Shown here in pieces: positions 31,473 through 32,000 of a stretch of DNA of 32,000 nt (positions within the stretch are counted from its first letter, which is position 1; each line of letters starts with the position of its first letter). The position numbers and the translations under genes are program-made. The DNA lies in the NCBI RefSeq assembly GCF_001272835.1, contig NZ_CP010546.1, forward strand, positions 782,809-814,808, written 5' to 3'. This DNA is from Mycoplasmoides pneumoniae FH (GTDB lineage Bacteria > Bacillota_I > Bacilli_A > Mycoplasmatales > Mycoplasmoidaceae). Under the pieces are notes generated by a model that made no database searches, was not told the origin of the DNA, and was given only the letters and a program-made list of their open reading frames with translations.

Positions 31473-32000
31473 CTAAATTACCAAGGAAGTGATAATGTCT
31501 TGGAGGGAGTCGTCCTTCTCAATCATTTTAGCAACCCTTTTAACTGCAGCCACCACTGTAGAGTGGTTCCTTTTAAAAATTTTGCCTATTTGTTGGAACT
31601 GCATCTTGTACTTTTCCCTTAAAAGATAGTTACAAACGTCACGAACACGAACTAACTCTGCTTTACGGTTCTCAGACAAAACACTGTCCACCGGTACATT
31701 AAAGCGGCGGCAAACGTTTTCTATTAATAAATAAGGATCAAAGCTCTTTTTGTGGAACTTCTCAAATTCCTCAAACAGGATTTCCTTTAGATTGTCGTTG
31801 TTAATCAGGTTTTGCTTAGTTGTTTTGACATAAAACAGCAACTTAGTCGCAATCCCGTTTAAAGAACGAACATCGTTACCAGATATTTGCGCTGCCTTTT
31901 CGCGTGCTTCATTGGTAATTTGGATGTTGGGATCCTTTTCTTTGAGCTTAACGGCCAAAATTTCACACAGGGAGCTCAAATTGTGTTTTTCAATCTTTAA
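31473..32000 (-). CDS. dnaA: Chromosomal replication initiator protein DnaA (C-terminal part; 5' end outside window)
   Basis: ...VRDVCNYLLREKYKMQFQQIGKIFKRNHSTVVAAVKRVAKMIEKD..., the DnaA domain IV signature. Frame open to base 32000. Confidence 0.97.
   Translation of the reverse strand, partial: LKIEKHNLSSLCEILAVKLKEKDPNIQITNEAREKAAQISGNDVRSLNGIATKLLFYVKTTKQNLINNDNLKEILFEEFEKFHKKSFDPYLLIENVCRRFNVPVDSVLSENRKAELVRVRDVCNYLLREKYKMQFQQIGKIFKRNHSTVVAAVKRVAKMIEKDDSLQDIITSLVI

Noticed and set aside
1-32000. CRISPR arrays, IS elements, prophage, rRNA or tRNA genes, and RepMP-type long repeats
   Set aside because: No regular direct-repeat/spacer series, transposase or phage motifs, or cloverleaf-like sequence were recognised; the hairpin series at 18379-18590 has diverged, non-CRISPR-like units. 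A tRNAscan/Infernal run would be decisive.

Overview
This window looks like Mycoplasma (Mycoplasmoides) pneumoniae or a very close relative. It has near-continuous, mostly minus-strand genes, many in-frame TGA codons that must read as Trp (genetic code 4), and a recognisable gene order: YitT-like / rplS / trmD / rpsP / MATE / msrB / YtpR-like / degV-like / tuf <-> membrane protein / galU / Ohr-OsmC / tyrS / MG456-type membrane protein / unassigned 193-aa ORF / ftsH / hpt / IspF-like / ldh / two DUF16 (UPF0134) loci / HD hydrolase / gltX / ksgA / yidC / rnpA / rpmH / ABC ATPase / giant FtsX-type permease / ABC ATPase / dnaA. The supplied ORF track breaks genes at TGA, so I rejoined them and re-derived starts and stops. 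The window is mainly housekeeping genome. I see no CRISPR array, prophage, IS element, rRNA or tRNA. The most interesting items are: (1) a 169-aa protein upstream of hpt with IspF-like motifs but all catalytic metal ligands apparently replaced (candidate pseudoenzyme); (2) an open 193-aa frame with no recognised family between ftsH and the MG456-type gene; (3) a cryptic non-coding region with a diverged tandem array of hairpins; (4) a DUF16 paralogue interrupted by a TAG; (5) a two-ATPase ABC system around a ~1882-aa permease with poly-Gln and poly-Ser tracts, located between dnaA and rpmH. No clearly new multi-gene system could be demonstrated from the sequence alone.
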